This document shows positions 47,277-56,002 of a stretch of 64,000 bases of DNA, piece after piece (the stretch's first letter is position 1; each line of letters starts with the position of its first letter). The notes under the pieces were generated by a model. The model was not told the DNA's origin. It saw only the letters and a program-made list of their open reading frames with translations, and did no database searches. The position numbers and the translations under genes were made by a program. Source of the DNA: Escherichia phage BF17; the sequence record MW822008.1; one strand, 5' to 3'.

Positions 47277-47888
47277 ATGAAAACTATCACTACTACTACT
47301 TTCGTTATGGATTTTTCTGAATTGAACGCAGAACAAAAAACGTCAGCTATCGAACTGGTTCGGGAACGTGAAAAAAACTTAAACGATGATTATTTTTCTG
47401 AAAGTGAAATTGAATACTATAAAGAAACAGTACTACCGGAATATGGCATTAATGACGCTGATTTACGTTTCAGTGGCTTTTGGTCCCAGGGTGACGGTGC
47501 ATCAATCAGTACTGACCACGTTGACGCAGTGAAGTTTTTACGCAAGGTAAGAGCATTAACTAAGTATCGCTCAATCCGTCACTTGCTGAATGAAGATGAT
47601 TTGGCGATGAGTGTAAAGCGTTCTCACTCCCACTACTCGCATGAAAACACTGTAAGCGGGTACATTGAATCGGCTTACACTGATTTAACCGCAAAACAAG
47701 AAACGTTAGTTAATGAGCTTGAGGAACTACTCACTGAAACTATTCGTGAATTATCCCGCAAGTTGTACCGTGATTTAGAGAATGCATATGAGGATCAATT
47801 CACTACTGAAAACATTACGGCACTGATTGAGGGTAACGAATATCAATTCAATGTTATTGATGGCGTAGTAGAATCAATCGAATATTAA
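47277..47888 (+). CDS. hypothetical acidic protein
   Basis: 203-aa ORF. Confidence 0.65.
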   Translation: MKTITTTTFVMDFSELNAEQKTSAIELVREREKNLNDDYFSESEIEYYKETVLPEYGINDADLRFSGFWSQGDGASISTDHVDAVKFLRKVRALTKYRSIRHLLNEDDLAMSVKRSHSHYSHENTVSGYIESAYTDLTAKQETLVNELEELLTETIRELSRKLYRDLENAYEDQFTTENITALIEGNEYQFNVIDGVVESIEY

Positions 47889-47896
47889 TTTAAAAA

Positions 47897-47960
47897 AGTA
47901 CTTGCAAACTAAGTTTAAAAGCGTATAATACTTTATATCGAGGCGGGGAGTGGTTCCCCG
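47897..47960 (+). promoter_or_regulatory. early-type promoter with leader hairpin
   Basis: ACTTGCAAACTAAG...TATAAT; hairpin GCGGGGAGTGGTTCCCCGC. Confidence 0.6.
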
Positions 47961-47979
47961 CTCAAACGAGGATTTAAAA

Positions 47980-48219
47980 ATGGCTAGTTCTAAAACTTAC
48001 AACGGGCACAAAAACAAAACTCAATGGAATGTAAGCCTTTGGATTAATAACGGTGAGTCATTGTATCGGCTTGCACAAAGTTGTATCGCACAAAGTAGAA
48101 CTAAAGATATTGCAGCGGAATGTATGTACCGCAGATTAAAAGCCAACGGTACTACTACAACGCCGGACGGTTTTAAGTATAGCACTACTGCGATCCGTGC
48201 TGCAATGGTTGGAATGTAA
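47980..48219 (+). CDS. hypothetical protein, paralog of 45940-46179
   Basis: trimmed to MASSKTYNGHKNKTQWNVSLWINN. Confidence 0.6.
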   Translation: MASSKTYNGHKNKTQWNVSLWINNGESLYRLAQSCIAQSRTKDIAAECMYRRLKANGTTTTPDGFKYSTTAIRAAMVGM

Positions 48220-48276
48220 TATTCAGTACTGAGATAATGGCGGGTAATAGTTCCCGCCTTTACTGAGGGTTATCTA

Positions 48277-48537
48277 ATGAGTAAAGTAATAAAGTACAAT
48301 GTGTTAAGCAAATCATTGTCTATCAGTGAATGCACCGATGGTTTTTGGATGTACGATGAAACGCGTGGCATGAATTTAGCTATGCGTGCAAAAACTGCTG
48401 AGGCGGCGTATATTCAAGCACTGGAATACTACCAGGAACGTTTAAAGGAAGTAGAAGAAGATTATAAAAGCCTCAAAGCGAAAGTAGATCATTTCGTCGG
48501 TCAATTCATCGAGGAAGACGACGACAAACAATATTGA
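48277..48537 (+). CDS. hypothetical protein
   Basis: 86-aa ORF, GAGGG upstream. Confidence 0.55.
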   Translation: MSKVIKYNVLSKSLSISECTDGFWMYDETRGMNLAMRAKTAEAAYIQALEYYQERLKEVEEDYKSLKAKVDHFVGQFIEEDDDKQY

Positions 48538-48540
48538 AAA

Positions 48541-48606
48541 AGTACTTGCAATTAGTTTTCAGTACTGTATAATGGTTTACATCAAAGGGAGAAATGGTTC
48601 TCCCTG
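48541..48606 (+). promoter_or_regulatory. early-type promoter with leader hairpin
   Basis: ACTTGCAATTAG...TATAAT; hairpin GGGAGAAATGGTTCTCCC. Confidence 0.6.
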
Positions 48607-48623
48607 GTAATGAGGAAAATAAA

Positions 48624-48845
48624 ATGGCTAATATCACTACTCTTTCCCAACTGGAAGCACTGGTTAAATCTATGCGGGAACATGCCGACAAAATCGGCGT
48701 ACAAGATCCAGCCGTTTGCTTCTGCGACGAATTGAATGATGATACCCTGGTAATAGCAGAAGTCCAGGACGTTTCTAACTATTCATCGCGTTACACTGGC
48801 GGCGTAGCAAATAAAGGTGACTTCTGTTTATACCTTACAAAATAA
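48624..48845 (+). CDS. hypothetical protein
   Basis: trimmed to MANITTLSQ. Confidence 0.55.
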   Translation: MANITTLSQLEALVKSMREHADKIGVQDPAVCFCDELNDDTLVIAEVQDVSNYSSRYTGGVANKGDFCLYLTK

Positions 48846-49009
48846 CAACGCGGGGAGATAATAACTCCCCGTTACTTTTTCAGTACTGAATCATTTAATA
48901 GACGGATCTATGCACCCGGTGGGTTAGTGACTGTTTCGTCTTGATGTAGTAATTATGCCAGTACTGGATGCACTTGTCAACAACTATTTTTCAAATACTT
49001 TTTATTAAA

Positions 49010-49068
49010 ATACTTGCAATTAGTTTTTAAACGCGTATAATGTTTTGCATAGGGGGAGCGGTTCCCCT
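49010..49068 (+). promoter_or_regulatory. early-type promoter with leader hairpin
   Basis: ACTTGCAATTAG...TATAAT; hairpin GGGGGAGCGGTTCCCC. Confidence 0.6.
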
Positions 49069-49088
49069 GGTAACTAAGGAATAATAAA

Positions 49089-49325
49089 ATGCTTGAACAA
49101 ATCAAATCAACGTCTTCGAATGTAACGGGAACGGTAGCACACTTTACTAGTGATGAATCGCGGGGCGTTCCCTATTGTGCTGTACATGTAAACACTGAGG
49201 GTAACTACTGGTTTACGGTTTACGGATCATATTCATTTGGACGGCCAGGGCATCAAAAAATTCTGGATAAAGTACAACCAACGGGTAAAAATATCACTGC
49301 TGAAATGTTTTATAAAAAATCATAA
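49089..49325 (+). CDS. hypothetical protein
   Basis: 78-aa ORF. Confidence 0.55.
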   Translation: MLEQIKSTSSNVTGTVAHFTSDESRGVPYCAVHVNTEGNYWFTVYGSYSFGRPGHQKILDKVQPTGKNITAEMFYKKS

Positions 49326-49326
49326 A

Positions 49327-49390
49327 GTACTTGATAATAGTTTTTAGTACTGTATAATATTTTACATCGCAAGGGGGAGCGGTTCCCCCT
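49327..49390 (+). promoter_or_regulatory. early-type promoter with leader hairpin
   Basis: ACTTGATAATAG...TATAAT; hairpin GGGGGAGCGGTTCCCCC. Confidence 0.55.
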
Positions 49391-49409
49391 GGTAACTAAG
49401 GATAATCAA

Positions 49410-49709
49410 ATGAAAATTGCAATCATCGCCCTGGCTTTATCTGTTTCCTCTTTCGCTGTTAATGCGTCATTAGATGTAAGTAGTGAAAAATTCATTCAGT
49501 GCACTGTTGCAATGACCGATGAAAGTACTGGCGAGATTGTTTTAAAGGATTTAGAGATCCAGCCGGAAGCATTTAAAAACGGGCCGTTCCATGAAGAAGA
49601 CGAAAAAGGTAGCACGACAATTTATTACGATGCAAGTACTAAACGCGGTTCGGTCACTGTTATGGATACTGAGAAAGTAACTCATACTGGCGTTATTAAT
49701 TGCCGTTGA
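49410..49709 (+). CDS. small secreted protein
   Basis: 99 aa; signal-peptide-like MKIAIIALALSVSSFAVNA. Confidence 0.6.
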   Translation: MKIAIIALALSVSSFAVNASLDVSSEKFIQCTVAMTDESTGEIVLKDLEIQPEAFKNGPFHEEDEKGSTTIYYDASTKRGSVTVMDTEKVTHTGVINCR

Positions 49710-49730
49710 TATATACTACGGGGTAACATC

Positions 49731-49961
49731 ATGACTAAGCGAATTGTTTTACTTAACGAAAGCAGTACTACACAACTACTTAACGCCGTGCATTATGATA
49801 TTGAAACGAGCGTTAATCTTATCAGTACTGTAGTACTGTTGGACACTGGAAAGGTCGCCAATGATAAAGCGATTGCAGGTATACTAACGGATCTTGAGCC
49901 TGGTAGCAGTGCATCAATAACGTTAAATGGTAAAGTGTTTAACATTTTACTTACTGATTAA
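49731..49961 (+). CDS. hypothetical protein
   Basis: 76-aa ORF. Confidence 0.5.
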   Translation: MTKRIVLLNESSTTQLLNAVHYDIETSVNLISTVVLLDTGKVANDKAIAGILTDLEPGSSASITLNGKVFNILLTD

Positions 49962-49966
49962 GTACA

Positions 49967-49995
49967 TAGCCCACCTGGTGGGCTTTTTTGTTTTT
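49967..49995 (+). terminator. rho-independent terminator
   Basis: AGCCCACCTGGTGGGCT + TTTTTGTTTTTG. Confidence 0.65.
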
Positions 49996-50043
49996 GTAGT
50001 ATCGTAGTACTGAGATACTTTGAAAATAGTTTTAAAAAAGTAG

Positions 50044-50072
50044 TTGACATTACCGCAGAAAAGCGTAGAATG
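50044..50072 (+). promoter_or_regulatory. sigma70-like promoter with ~120-nt leader
   Basis: TTGACA, 16-17 nt, TAGAAT. Confidence 0.5.
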
Positions 50073-50194
50073 TATTACATCAAGACGGGGAGCACTAAGT
50101 AGACCGCCAGTAAGTCGAACGAAAAACTGGACACGTCGAGAAAACTTTGATACACTAATAAACGTAAACTAAACTTTAATTGAGGATTTATAAA

Positions 50195-50677
50195 ATGGCT
50201 AATGTAAAATCATTCATCAAAGCACTGGTAGCAAATGAAACTAACGTCGCGGCTGAGATCCTGGCTGAACTGGATAACGATACCATGAAAGCGGTACGCA
50301 ATAATTTTAACATCGCGTACAGTACTGCGAAAGAACTACAAGCAAATAAAGCGGCAGAAATTGAAGCGGCAAAGGCGGCCCGTGAAGCAGAACTACAAGC
50401 AACAATCGAAAGTATTCAGGCGGCAGTAGTTGGATTGGATCTGGAAGTAGTTACAGAGATGGCACAAAAAGCCCTGGCGGTTAAGTATGGGGAAGACAAG
50501 CCAGAAGTAAAAGCCAAAAAATGGATTCAGGAACGCGTAGCGGTAGTACTGGACAACGGGGAAGAATATCTGATTCCGGTGCGTGGTAACTGCATTGCGG
50601 TAGTACTGGACGCGATTAACTCCAGTGGTATGACTCGCGAGGAATGGATCGAAGCTCATCGCAAAGTTGAAGCATAA
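50195..50677 (+). CDS. hypothetical Ala/Glu-rich protein
   Basis: trimmed to MANVKSF after GAGGA; ~160 aa. Confidence 0.6.
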   Translation: MANVKSFIKALVANETNVAAEILAELDNDTMKAVRNNFNIAYSTAKELQANKAAEIEAAKAAREAELQATIESIQAAVVGLDLEVVTEMAQKALAVKYGEDKPEVKAKKWIQERVAVVLDNGEEYLIPVRGNCIAVVLDAINSSGMTREEWIEAHRKVEA

Positions 50678-50698
50678 CAATTAAAGTACTGAATCACT

Positions 50699-50730
50699 AG
50701 CCCACTTATACAGTGGGCTTTTTTGTGTTT
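50699..50730 (+). terminator. rho-independent terminator
   Basis: AGCCCACTTATACAGTGGGCT + TTTTTGTGTTT. Confidence 0.65.
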
Positions 50731-50875
50731 ATCGTTTACCAGGCCACCAGCACCGCCTAGAAACGATTCTAACGCATTAAACTGATTATCTGATGCATCA
50801 CCCTAGCTGGTGGCGTTAAGGTCGTTAGAATGCGATTGAGTGCGTTTAAAGTATTTTACAAAAAGTAATAAAAAG

Positions 50876-50940
50876 TACTTGCACGATTAAGAGATTAGCG
50901 TATAATGTTTTACATCGAGAGGGGGAAACGGTTCTCCTTC
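50876..50940 (+). promoter_or_regulatory. early-type promoter with leader hairpin
   Basis: ACTTGCACGATT...TATAAT; hairpin GGGGGAAACGGTTCTCC. Confidence 0.55.
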
Positions 50941-50961
50941 CAAATCAAAGGAATCAAAACA

Positions 50962-51189
50962 ATGGCTATTATCATTACTCGCGTATCTGGTACTACTGGC
51001 AACGAACAAGTAGTTGCAGTCATTACCAACAAGGAAGGTGCGGAATTGCAAAATGCAATGAATACCTGGGCCGTTAATGAGTTCGGTCAGTGGGCAAGTG
51101 TAGCATACATTGAAACCTATCAAGTGCCGTCGATTAGTTTAACTGATTTGGGCGTTGAGCGTATCCTTTGCCTTGATGAATTAAATTAA
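50962..51189 (+). CDS. hypothetical protein
   Basis: trimmed to MAIIITRVSG. Confidence 0.55.
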   Translation: MAIIITRVSGTTGNEQVVAVITNKEGAELQNAMNTWAVNEFGQWASVAYIETYQVPSISLTDLGVERILCLDELN

Positions 51190-51193
51190 AAAA

Positions 51194-51260
51194 GTACTTG
51201 CAAAGTAAATCGAATAAAGTATAATACATTACATCAAGGGGAGAAAATGGTTCTCCCCAC
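51194..51260 (+). promoter_or_regulatory. early-type promoter with leader hairpin
   Basis: ACTTGCAAAGTAAATCGAATAAAG TATAAT; hairpin GGGGAGAAAATGGTTCTCCCC. Confidence 0.55.
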
Positions 51261-51275
51261 TACAAGGAAACTAAA

Positions 51276-51419
51276 ATGAAAACTTGTCAATGTGGTCAGA
51301 AATCTATTACGGGTTTAAAGCGGGGCGTTGCTCTTTGCCAGTACCATTATAATTTACAAGTATGGGGTAAAGAATGGGCCGACCAGGTGGAAGCAGCAAA
51401 GAAAGCAAAAAGTAAGTAA
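51276..51419 (+). CDS. small Cys-containing protein
   Basis: 47-aa ORF below cutoff; MKTCQCGQ...CQYH. Confidence 0.4.
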   Translation: MKTCQCGQKSITGLKRGVALCQYHYNLQVWGKEWADQVEAAKKAKSK

Positions 51420-51438
51420 AAATATTATCACAGTACTA

Positions 51439-51467
51439 TTGACATAGTTTGATAGTACTGGCATAAT
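51439..51467 (+). promoter_or_regulatory. sigma70-like promoter (TTGACA class), in an ~80-bp repeat
   Basis: TTGACATAGTTTGATAGTACTGG CATAAT; block repeated at 51712-51790. Confidence 0.55.
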
Positions 51468-51498
51468 AGATTTTATCAAGACGACTAAGGAAAACAAA

Positions 51499-51711
51499 AT
51501 GGCTATCATTACAAAAATCAAAGTAAACAAATCACTGGTTAAACTTGAACAAGTGAAAGCAGGTTATAAAGTATCGTGGTGCGGTATGTATCGGATGTTC
51601 GCAGATATTGATGAAGCGATCAATTATTACAGCGACACGGTTAAAAACTTTGTTCGTGCTGATGTGGTTATGGCAGTGGCAGCACATAAAGCAGCGAAAG
51701 AAAGTAAGTAA
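51499..51711 (+). CDS. hypothetical protein
   Basis: 70 aa; MAIITKIKV; N-terminal similarity to 54613-54792. Confidence 0.55.
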   Translation: MAIITKIKVNKSLVKLEQVKAGYKVSWCGMYRMFADIDEAINYYSDTVKNFVRADVVMAVAAHKAAKESK

Positions 51712-51730
51712 AAATATTATCACAGTACTA

Positions 51731-51759
51731 TTGACATAGTTTGATAGTACTGGCATAAT
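51731..51759 (+). promoter_or_regulatory. sigma70-like promoter (TTGACA class), repeat copy
   Basis: same sequence as 51439-51467. Confidence 0.55.
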
Positions 51760-51800
51760 AGATTTTATCAAGACAACATATTAATTTAAGGAATACAAAA

Positions 51801-52124
51801 ATGGCTAAAACTATCATTAACACCGTTTCCCTGGCTGCAATCCGTGCAATCAATGTTGACGGTAAACGTTGGACTGATTCATATGGCAATACTTATCATT
51901 CTTGTCATGTAAGCGTTGAACTGGATAACGGTTTGAATGATCTGGCGGTTGAATCATTTACTTATGGCTATGAAGATGCATATCAACAAACGGCGTTAGA
52001 TCTCTTAAAGGAATCAGTAGACGGGCTTAATACTGATGAAACCTCCCTTACTCGTTTGTGCAATGATCTTAATATCCCGTTGCATTGTACTGTACAGAAT
52101 GTTAAACGCAAAAAAGATCTTTAA
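51801..52124 (+). CDS. hypothetical protein, paralog of 58219-58542
   Basis: 107 aa; shared RWTDS.GNTYHSC.VS and FTYGY, ending VKRKKD. Confidence 0.6.
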   Translation: MAKTIINTVSLAAIRAINVDGKRWTDSYGNTYHSCHVSVELDNGLNDLAVESFTYGYEDAYQQTALDLLKESVDGLNTDETSLTRLCNDLNIPLHCTVQNVKRKKDL

Positions 52125-52204
52125 TTAGCTTTACTTTATGCAGATACTTTGATATAGTGTCTGCATAGGGGAAAGAAATTAAATTAACTTAAGAGGATCG
52201 TATA

Positions 52205-52474
52205 ATGAAAAATATCAGTACTTTAATCGATGCAGGTACACATGTTCGGCGGTCTATGGTTGCAACCAGTACTACAAAACAAGTAGCGAGCGGTTATCTT
52301 GTATTTGTGCACGATGGTAAACTCCTGGAACGTTCAATCAATTTTGATGTTAAAAACAATTGCCGTTTTATTATCTTTAAGCGTGAACAATATAAAATTG
52401 ATTTACCAGCGAAGCCCATAAGCGGGGCGTACAACGTGCAATCATTGTTTGAGCGTCAACCTTACACCTATTAA
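52205..52474 (+). CDS. hypothetical protein
   Basis: 89-aa ORF, GAGGA upstream. Confidence 0.55.
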   Translation: MKNISTLIDAGTHVRRSMVATSTTKQVASGYLVFVHDGKLLERSINFDVKNNCRFIIFKREQYKIDLPAKPISGAYNVQSLFERQPYTY

Positions 52475-52525
52475 TCAAAACATCGTTAGCGGTCGTTTAA
52501 GGCCGCTTATATTGGGGATTATACC

Positions 52526-52798
52526 ATGAACGTTAATCAAGTACTGAATGAGATCGAAAGCATCATTAAACCGATGAAGCGTACTGATGCTATGTTAACA
52601 CCGGAAGAAAGCCGCCTATATGAGCGTTACAGCGTCGAACAAGTCCAGGCAATGGCTATGGCTACGCCAGCCGTTAAACCGCCTGAGAATGCGTTACAGG
52701 ACGTTACAGGGGATTATATCATTAATCCAGTACTAGGGAAGATGCCGCCAATCACCGAAGAACAAAAAGACTATTTGAGTCAGTACTTAAAAGGTTAA
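52526..52798 (+). CDS. hypothetical protein
   Basis: 90-aa ORF. Confidence 0.55.
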   Translation: MNVNQVLNEIESIIKPMKRTDAMLTPEESRLYERYSVEQVQAMAMATPAVKPPENALQDVTGDYIINPVLGKMPPITEEQKDYLSQYLKG

Positions 52799-52803
52799 TT
52801 AAT

Positions 52804-53013
52804 ATGCTTACTGTACAGGATAAGATCGACATCTTAAAGGTTAATATGTATGTGATTGATGCCGTACCTGGTAAAGTATTTGCATACGATGATTCTAATC
52901 GCAGTCCTTTCTATTGTAGTCATGTAGTTGGATACGTGCCGTTGGCGTATGTTATCGAAAGAGTGGTTGATGCAGCATACAATCATTTTTTAGAAAATAA
53001 TACTTGCAATTAG
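52804..53013 (+). CDS. hypothetical protein
   Basis: 69-aa ORF. Confidence 0.5.
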   Translation: MLTVQDKIDILKVNMYVIDAVPGKVFAYDDSNRSPFYCSHVVGYVPLAYVIERVVDAAYNHFLENNTCN

Positions 53014-53065
53014 TTTTTAAACGCGTATAATGTTTTACATGAAGGGGAGAAATGATTCTCCCCAC
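53002..53065 (+). promoter_or_regulatory. early-type promoter with leader hairpin
   Basis: ACTTGCAATTAG...TATAAT; hairpin GGGGAGAAATGATTCTCCCC. Confidence 0.55.
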
Positions 53066-53082
53066 TAATTAAGGAATATGAA

Positions 53083-53229
53083 ATGAAAGCATCAAAAAAG
53101 AGTAATACCAAGAAAGCATGTTCACCTTTCGCTGGGGTATTCCCTTTACGTTTCGTTGATGAAGTGGTTTCCTACCCGCTGGGCCTTACTCCTGAGATGG
53201 TAGAAAGTTTGCGTAAATCTAAAAAATAA
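53083..53229 (+). CDS. small basic protein
   Basis: 48-aa ORF below cutoff. Confidence 0.4.
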   Translation: MKASKKSNTKKACSPFAGVFPLRFVDEVVSYPLGLTPEMVESLRKSKK

Positions 53230-53230
53230 T

Positions 53231-53292
53231 ACTTGCAATTAGTTTTCAGTACTGTATAATAGTTTACATGAAGGGGAGAAATGATTCTCCCC
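53231..53292 (+). promoter_or_regulatory. early-type promoter with leader hairpin
   Basis: near-duplicate of 53002 unit. Confidence 0.55.
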
Positions 53293-53310
53293 AATAACAG
53301 GAGAAACAAA

Positions 53311-53463
53311 ATGAAACAATACAACGCTCGGTTTGATGTTACTATCGGCAACGGCAAAGGTCAATTCTCTTTCAGTACTCGCCGCAGTTATACAGAAAAC
53401 TTCCTGCGAAATTGTGCACTGACCGCCGCACAAATTAAACATTACTTCCAGGCTAAAAAATGA
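53311..53463 (+). CDS. small protein
   Basis: trimmed to MKQYNARF; 50 aa. Confidence 0.45.
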   Translation: MKQYNARFDVTIGNGKGQFSFSTRRSYTENFLRNCALTAAQIKHYFQAKK

Positions 53464-53679
53464 AATCATTAGCTTATTACAGTTCGGCGGTGATCGGTGC
53501 ATTGATCGCGGCATTGTTAGTAACCTATCTATTCTTTATGGTGATTTAAATGAATCCTAACGGTTTAATTTACAGTACTACTAAAACGAAAGCAGATAAA
53601 GCGAAAGTAAAGGAGTACATTAAGCAAGGCATGACGCGAAAGGCGGCAGTACTGAAAGCTAAAAAATAAATGAAAAAAG

Positions 53680-53699
53680 TGGTTGACTTCGGTCAGCCA
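53680..53699 (+). terminator. hairpin terminator with embedded TTGACT
   Basis: TGGTTGACTTCGGTCAGCCA. Confidence 0.5.
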
Positions 53700-53800
53700 T
53701 TTTGCTATTATATATTCATTGAGAGATAGCTCACTAGCCCACCGGGTGCATAAGTGTATCTATTATATAAGTATTGAGTACTGAGAACTATTTTTAAAAA

Positions 53801-53866
53801 GTACTTGCAAACTATCTCAATTGGCGTATAATGTTTTACATCGAGAGGGGGAACGGTTTCCCCTGG
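53801..53866 (+). promoter_or_regulatory. early-type promoter with leader hairpin
   Basis: ACTTGCAAACTATCTCAATTGGCG TATAAT; hairpin GGGGGAACGGTTTCCCC. Confidence 0.6.
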
Positions 53867-53883
53867 TAATAAGGAAACGAATC

Positions 53884-54225
53884 ATGACTATCTCAATTGC
53901 TCAATCTAACTTTGAAAATGAAATCATCGCCCAGGCACTGCGTTTAAATGATGGTCGGGCCGAAATTAATTACGGTTTCAATTCAGGCGGTTGTGAAAAC
54001 TATCAGTACTTTGTAACTGCTGATGGCGGTGTCCTGGGCATCAATACCGTTATTGTAAACATTCAGAAAATTAATTTCAATGATCCAGACGATAGCCAGT
54101 TTTACATTGTAGGCGTAGACGTGAACTATGAGGATGACTCACTAACTGATGATCACACTGGCGAGAAGTTAGAAAGTGCATACGGTGAAGATGATTATCA
54201 GTCCGGTCCAGAAGATTTTGAATAA
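53884..54225 (+). CDS. hypothetical acidic protein
   Basis: trimmed to MTISIAQSNFE; 113 aa. Confidence 0.6.
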   Translation: MTISIAQSNFENEIIAQALRLNDGRAEINYGFNSGGCENYQYFVTADGGVLGINTVIVNIQKINFNDPDDSQFYIVGVDVNYEDDSLTDDHTGEKLESAYGEDDYQSGPEDFE

Positions 54226-54238
54226 TATTAAAAAATAG

Positions 54239-54300
54239 TTTGACAATAGATTATAGTACTGTATAATAAGTTACATCAAGGGGAGAATAGTTCTCCCCAC
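54239..54300 (+). promoter_or_regulatory. sigma70-like promoter with leader hairpin
   Basis: TTGACA-17-TATAAT; hairpin GGGGAGAATAGTTCTCCCC. Confidence 0.6.
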
Positions 54301-54316
54301 TAACAGAGAAAACAAA

Positions 54317-54529
54317 ATGGCTAATATCTGCACTGTACTGAAAAATGCAAAACAAGTTTTATTTTCTGACCACGATTATTTTAATAAAGATATTACAGGC
54401 GTTCGGAATATCAAAGATGTAAAAAGTGTTATGGGTATCTATTGCAATATGAAACGTGTTGGAACGTTCGGCGACAAAGTACTATACCAGGCAGGGGATT
54501 ACAATTTTACACTGACTATCATTAACTAA
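54317..54529 (+). CDS. hypothetical protein
   Basis: 70-aa ORF. Confidence 0.55.
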   Translation: MANICTVLKNAKQVLFSDHDYFNKDITGVRNIKDVKSVMGIYCNMKRVGTFGDKVLYQAGDYNFTLTIIN

Positions 54530-54548
54530 AAATATTATCACAGTACTA

Positions 54549-54578
54549 TTGACATAGTTTGATAGTACTGACATAATA
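54549..54578 (+). promoter_or_regulatory. sigma70-like promoter (TTGACA class), repeat copy
   Basis: third copy of the 51421 block with -10 variant ACATAAT. Confidence 0.5.
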
Positions 54579-54612
54579 ACTTTTATCAACTACACTACTA
54601 AGGAATTAAAAA

Positions 54613-54792
54613 ATGGCTATCATCGCAAAAACTGAAATCGTTGGTCTGGATTCTATCATCATGACGTTTGAAGATCAAAAAGGTATGTATGTAGTTTCAT
54701 ATGGTGATTATGTTCGGGAGTATGAAACGGTAGACGAAGCCTTTGAAAGTTATATTCGCCAGGTGAATAAAGCATACGACGACTACCGCTAA
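54613..54792 (+). CDS. small protein
   Basis: 59-aa ORF below cutoff; MAIIAKTEIVGL. Confidence 0.45.
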   Translation: MAIIAKTEIVGLDSIIMTFEDQKGMYVVSYGDYVREYETVDEAFESYIRQVNKAYDDYR

Positions 54793-54819
54793 AATATATT
54801 ACCAGTACTATTAAAGTTA

Positions 54820-54848
54820 TTGACATAGTTTGATAGTACTGTATAATA
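54820..54848 (+). promoter_or_regulatory. sigma70-like promoter (TTGACA class)
   Basis: TTGACATAGTTTGATAGTACTG TATAAT. Confidence 0.5.
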
Positions 54849-54891
54849 AGTTTTATAAACAGTAGTTAACTTAACCTAAGAGAGAAATAAA

Positions 54892-55035
54892 ATGATCGCA
54901 CTGGATTCATTCATCGACGCAGTACTGGCAAAAACTGGCGAGGATCTGACCGCAGAACAATACGCGATGATCGAGCAATGTCAGCAAAACGGTAAATCGG
55001 TGAAAGATACTGTTAAGATTATCCGCAAGATGTAA
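54892..55035 (+). CDS. small protein
   Basis: 47-aa ORF below cutoff; followed by terminator-like inverted repeat. Confidence 0.4.
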   Translation: MIALDSFIDAVLAKTGEDLTAEQYAMIEQCQQNGKSVKDTVKIIRKM

Positions 55036-55134
55036 GATTATAGCCCACTGGTTAACGCTGGTGGGCTTTAATCCTTTACCCTATACAATGTCAGTACTAA
55101 ACCGTTTATCTCATTAGAATGCGTTACAGGACGT

Positions 55135-55338
55135 TTGACAATGATTAGCATGAAATCAGTACAAAAACAAATAGAAACATTATCAAAAATTAAACGTAAA
55201 CAGTACTCGTTAGAATATACAATCAATGGTAACTATCATCTAATGAAAGAGAATAATTTTATCGTCATTGATGAATCATTGCAAGTTATTAGTATAGTAC
55301 TGAAAGCATTAATTAATGATAGAAAAAAATTAAAATAA
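55135..55338 (+). CDS. hypothetical protein
   Basis: 67-aa ORF. Confidence 0.45.
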   Translation: MTMISMKSVQKQIETLSKIKRKQYSLEYTINGNYHLMKENNFIVIDESLQVISIVLKALINDRKKLK

Positions 55339-55669
55339 TCTATTGACAATATCCTCCAGTACTGGCATAATACTTACATCAAGACGAGAACGTCACTAAC
55401 CCATAGGGTGCACAAATGTAACTGTATAATATTGATCAAAAAATGATCTGATCAATACTTGATCAATTTGCGTAAAGTAGTATAATTCTATGCAGTTGGT
55501 TAGACGAAAGGTTATGATTAGTAGTGCAAGTGTATAAAAATTTTCATGGTGTATCGTTCCGCACATATGGCAATGAATATGTGGTATCATGTGGATTGGA
55601 AAAAGTAAGAACAAGTAATATTATTGTCGCATTACAGTACTATAGTATTTTTATAATGAGGTTAAAATA

Positions 55670-55927
55670 ATGGCTGTAGGATTCGCGAAAGATGGGGCCG
55701 AACAAGACGAGATTAACGCAGTGATTCAGGCCGCCGTTAACCACGCTAGAAAGCAAATTAACGCACAAATAGAATCACTGATACATTGCCTCGACTGCGG
55801 CGATATAATCCCTGAGAAACGACGCCAGGCCGTTAAGGGATGTAAGTACTGCATAACTTGCCAGGAGGATCATGATAGTACTTTTAAACGTCCCCCGCGT
55901 AATTGTTGGCATAGATCTATGAGATAA
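55670..55927 (+). CDS. TraR/DksA-family C4 zinc-finger protein
   Basis: 85 aa; C-x2-C...C-x2-C in HCLDCGDIIPEKRRQAVKGCKYCITCQE. Confidence 0.65.
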   Translation: MAVGFAKDGAEQDEINAVIQAAVNHARKQINAQIESLIHCLDCGDIIPEKRRQAVKGCKYCITCQEDHDSTFKRPPRNCWHRSMR

Positions 55928-55933
55928 AAAGTA

Positions 55934-55990
55934 TTGACAGTACTATCCAGTAGTGTTATAGTACTTACATCAAGGGGAAACATCTTCCCC
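55934..55990 (+). promoter_or_regulatory. sigma70-like promoter with leader hairpin
   Basis: TTGACAGTACTATCCAGTAGTG TTATAGT; hairpin GGGGAAACATCTTCCCC. Confidence 0.5.
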
Positions 55991-56002
55991 TACTAAGAGG
56001 AA

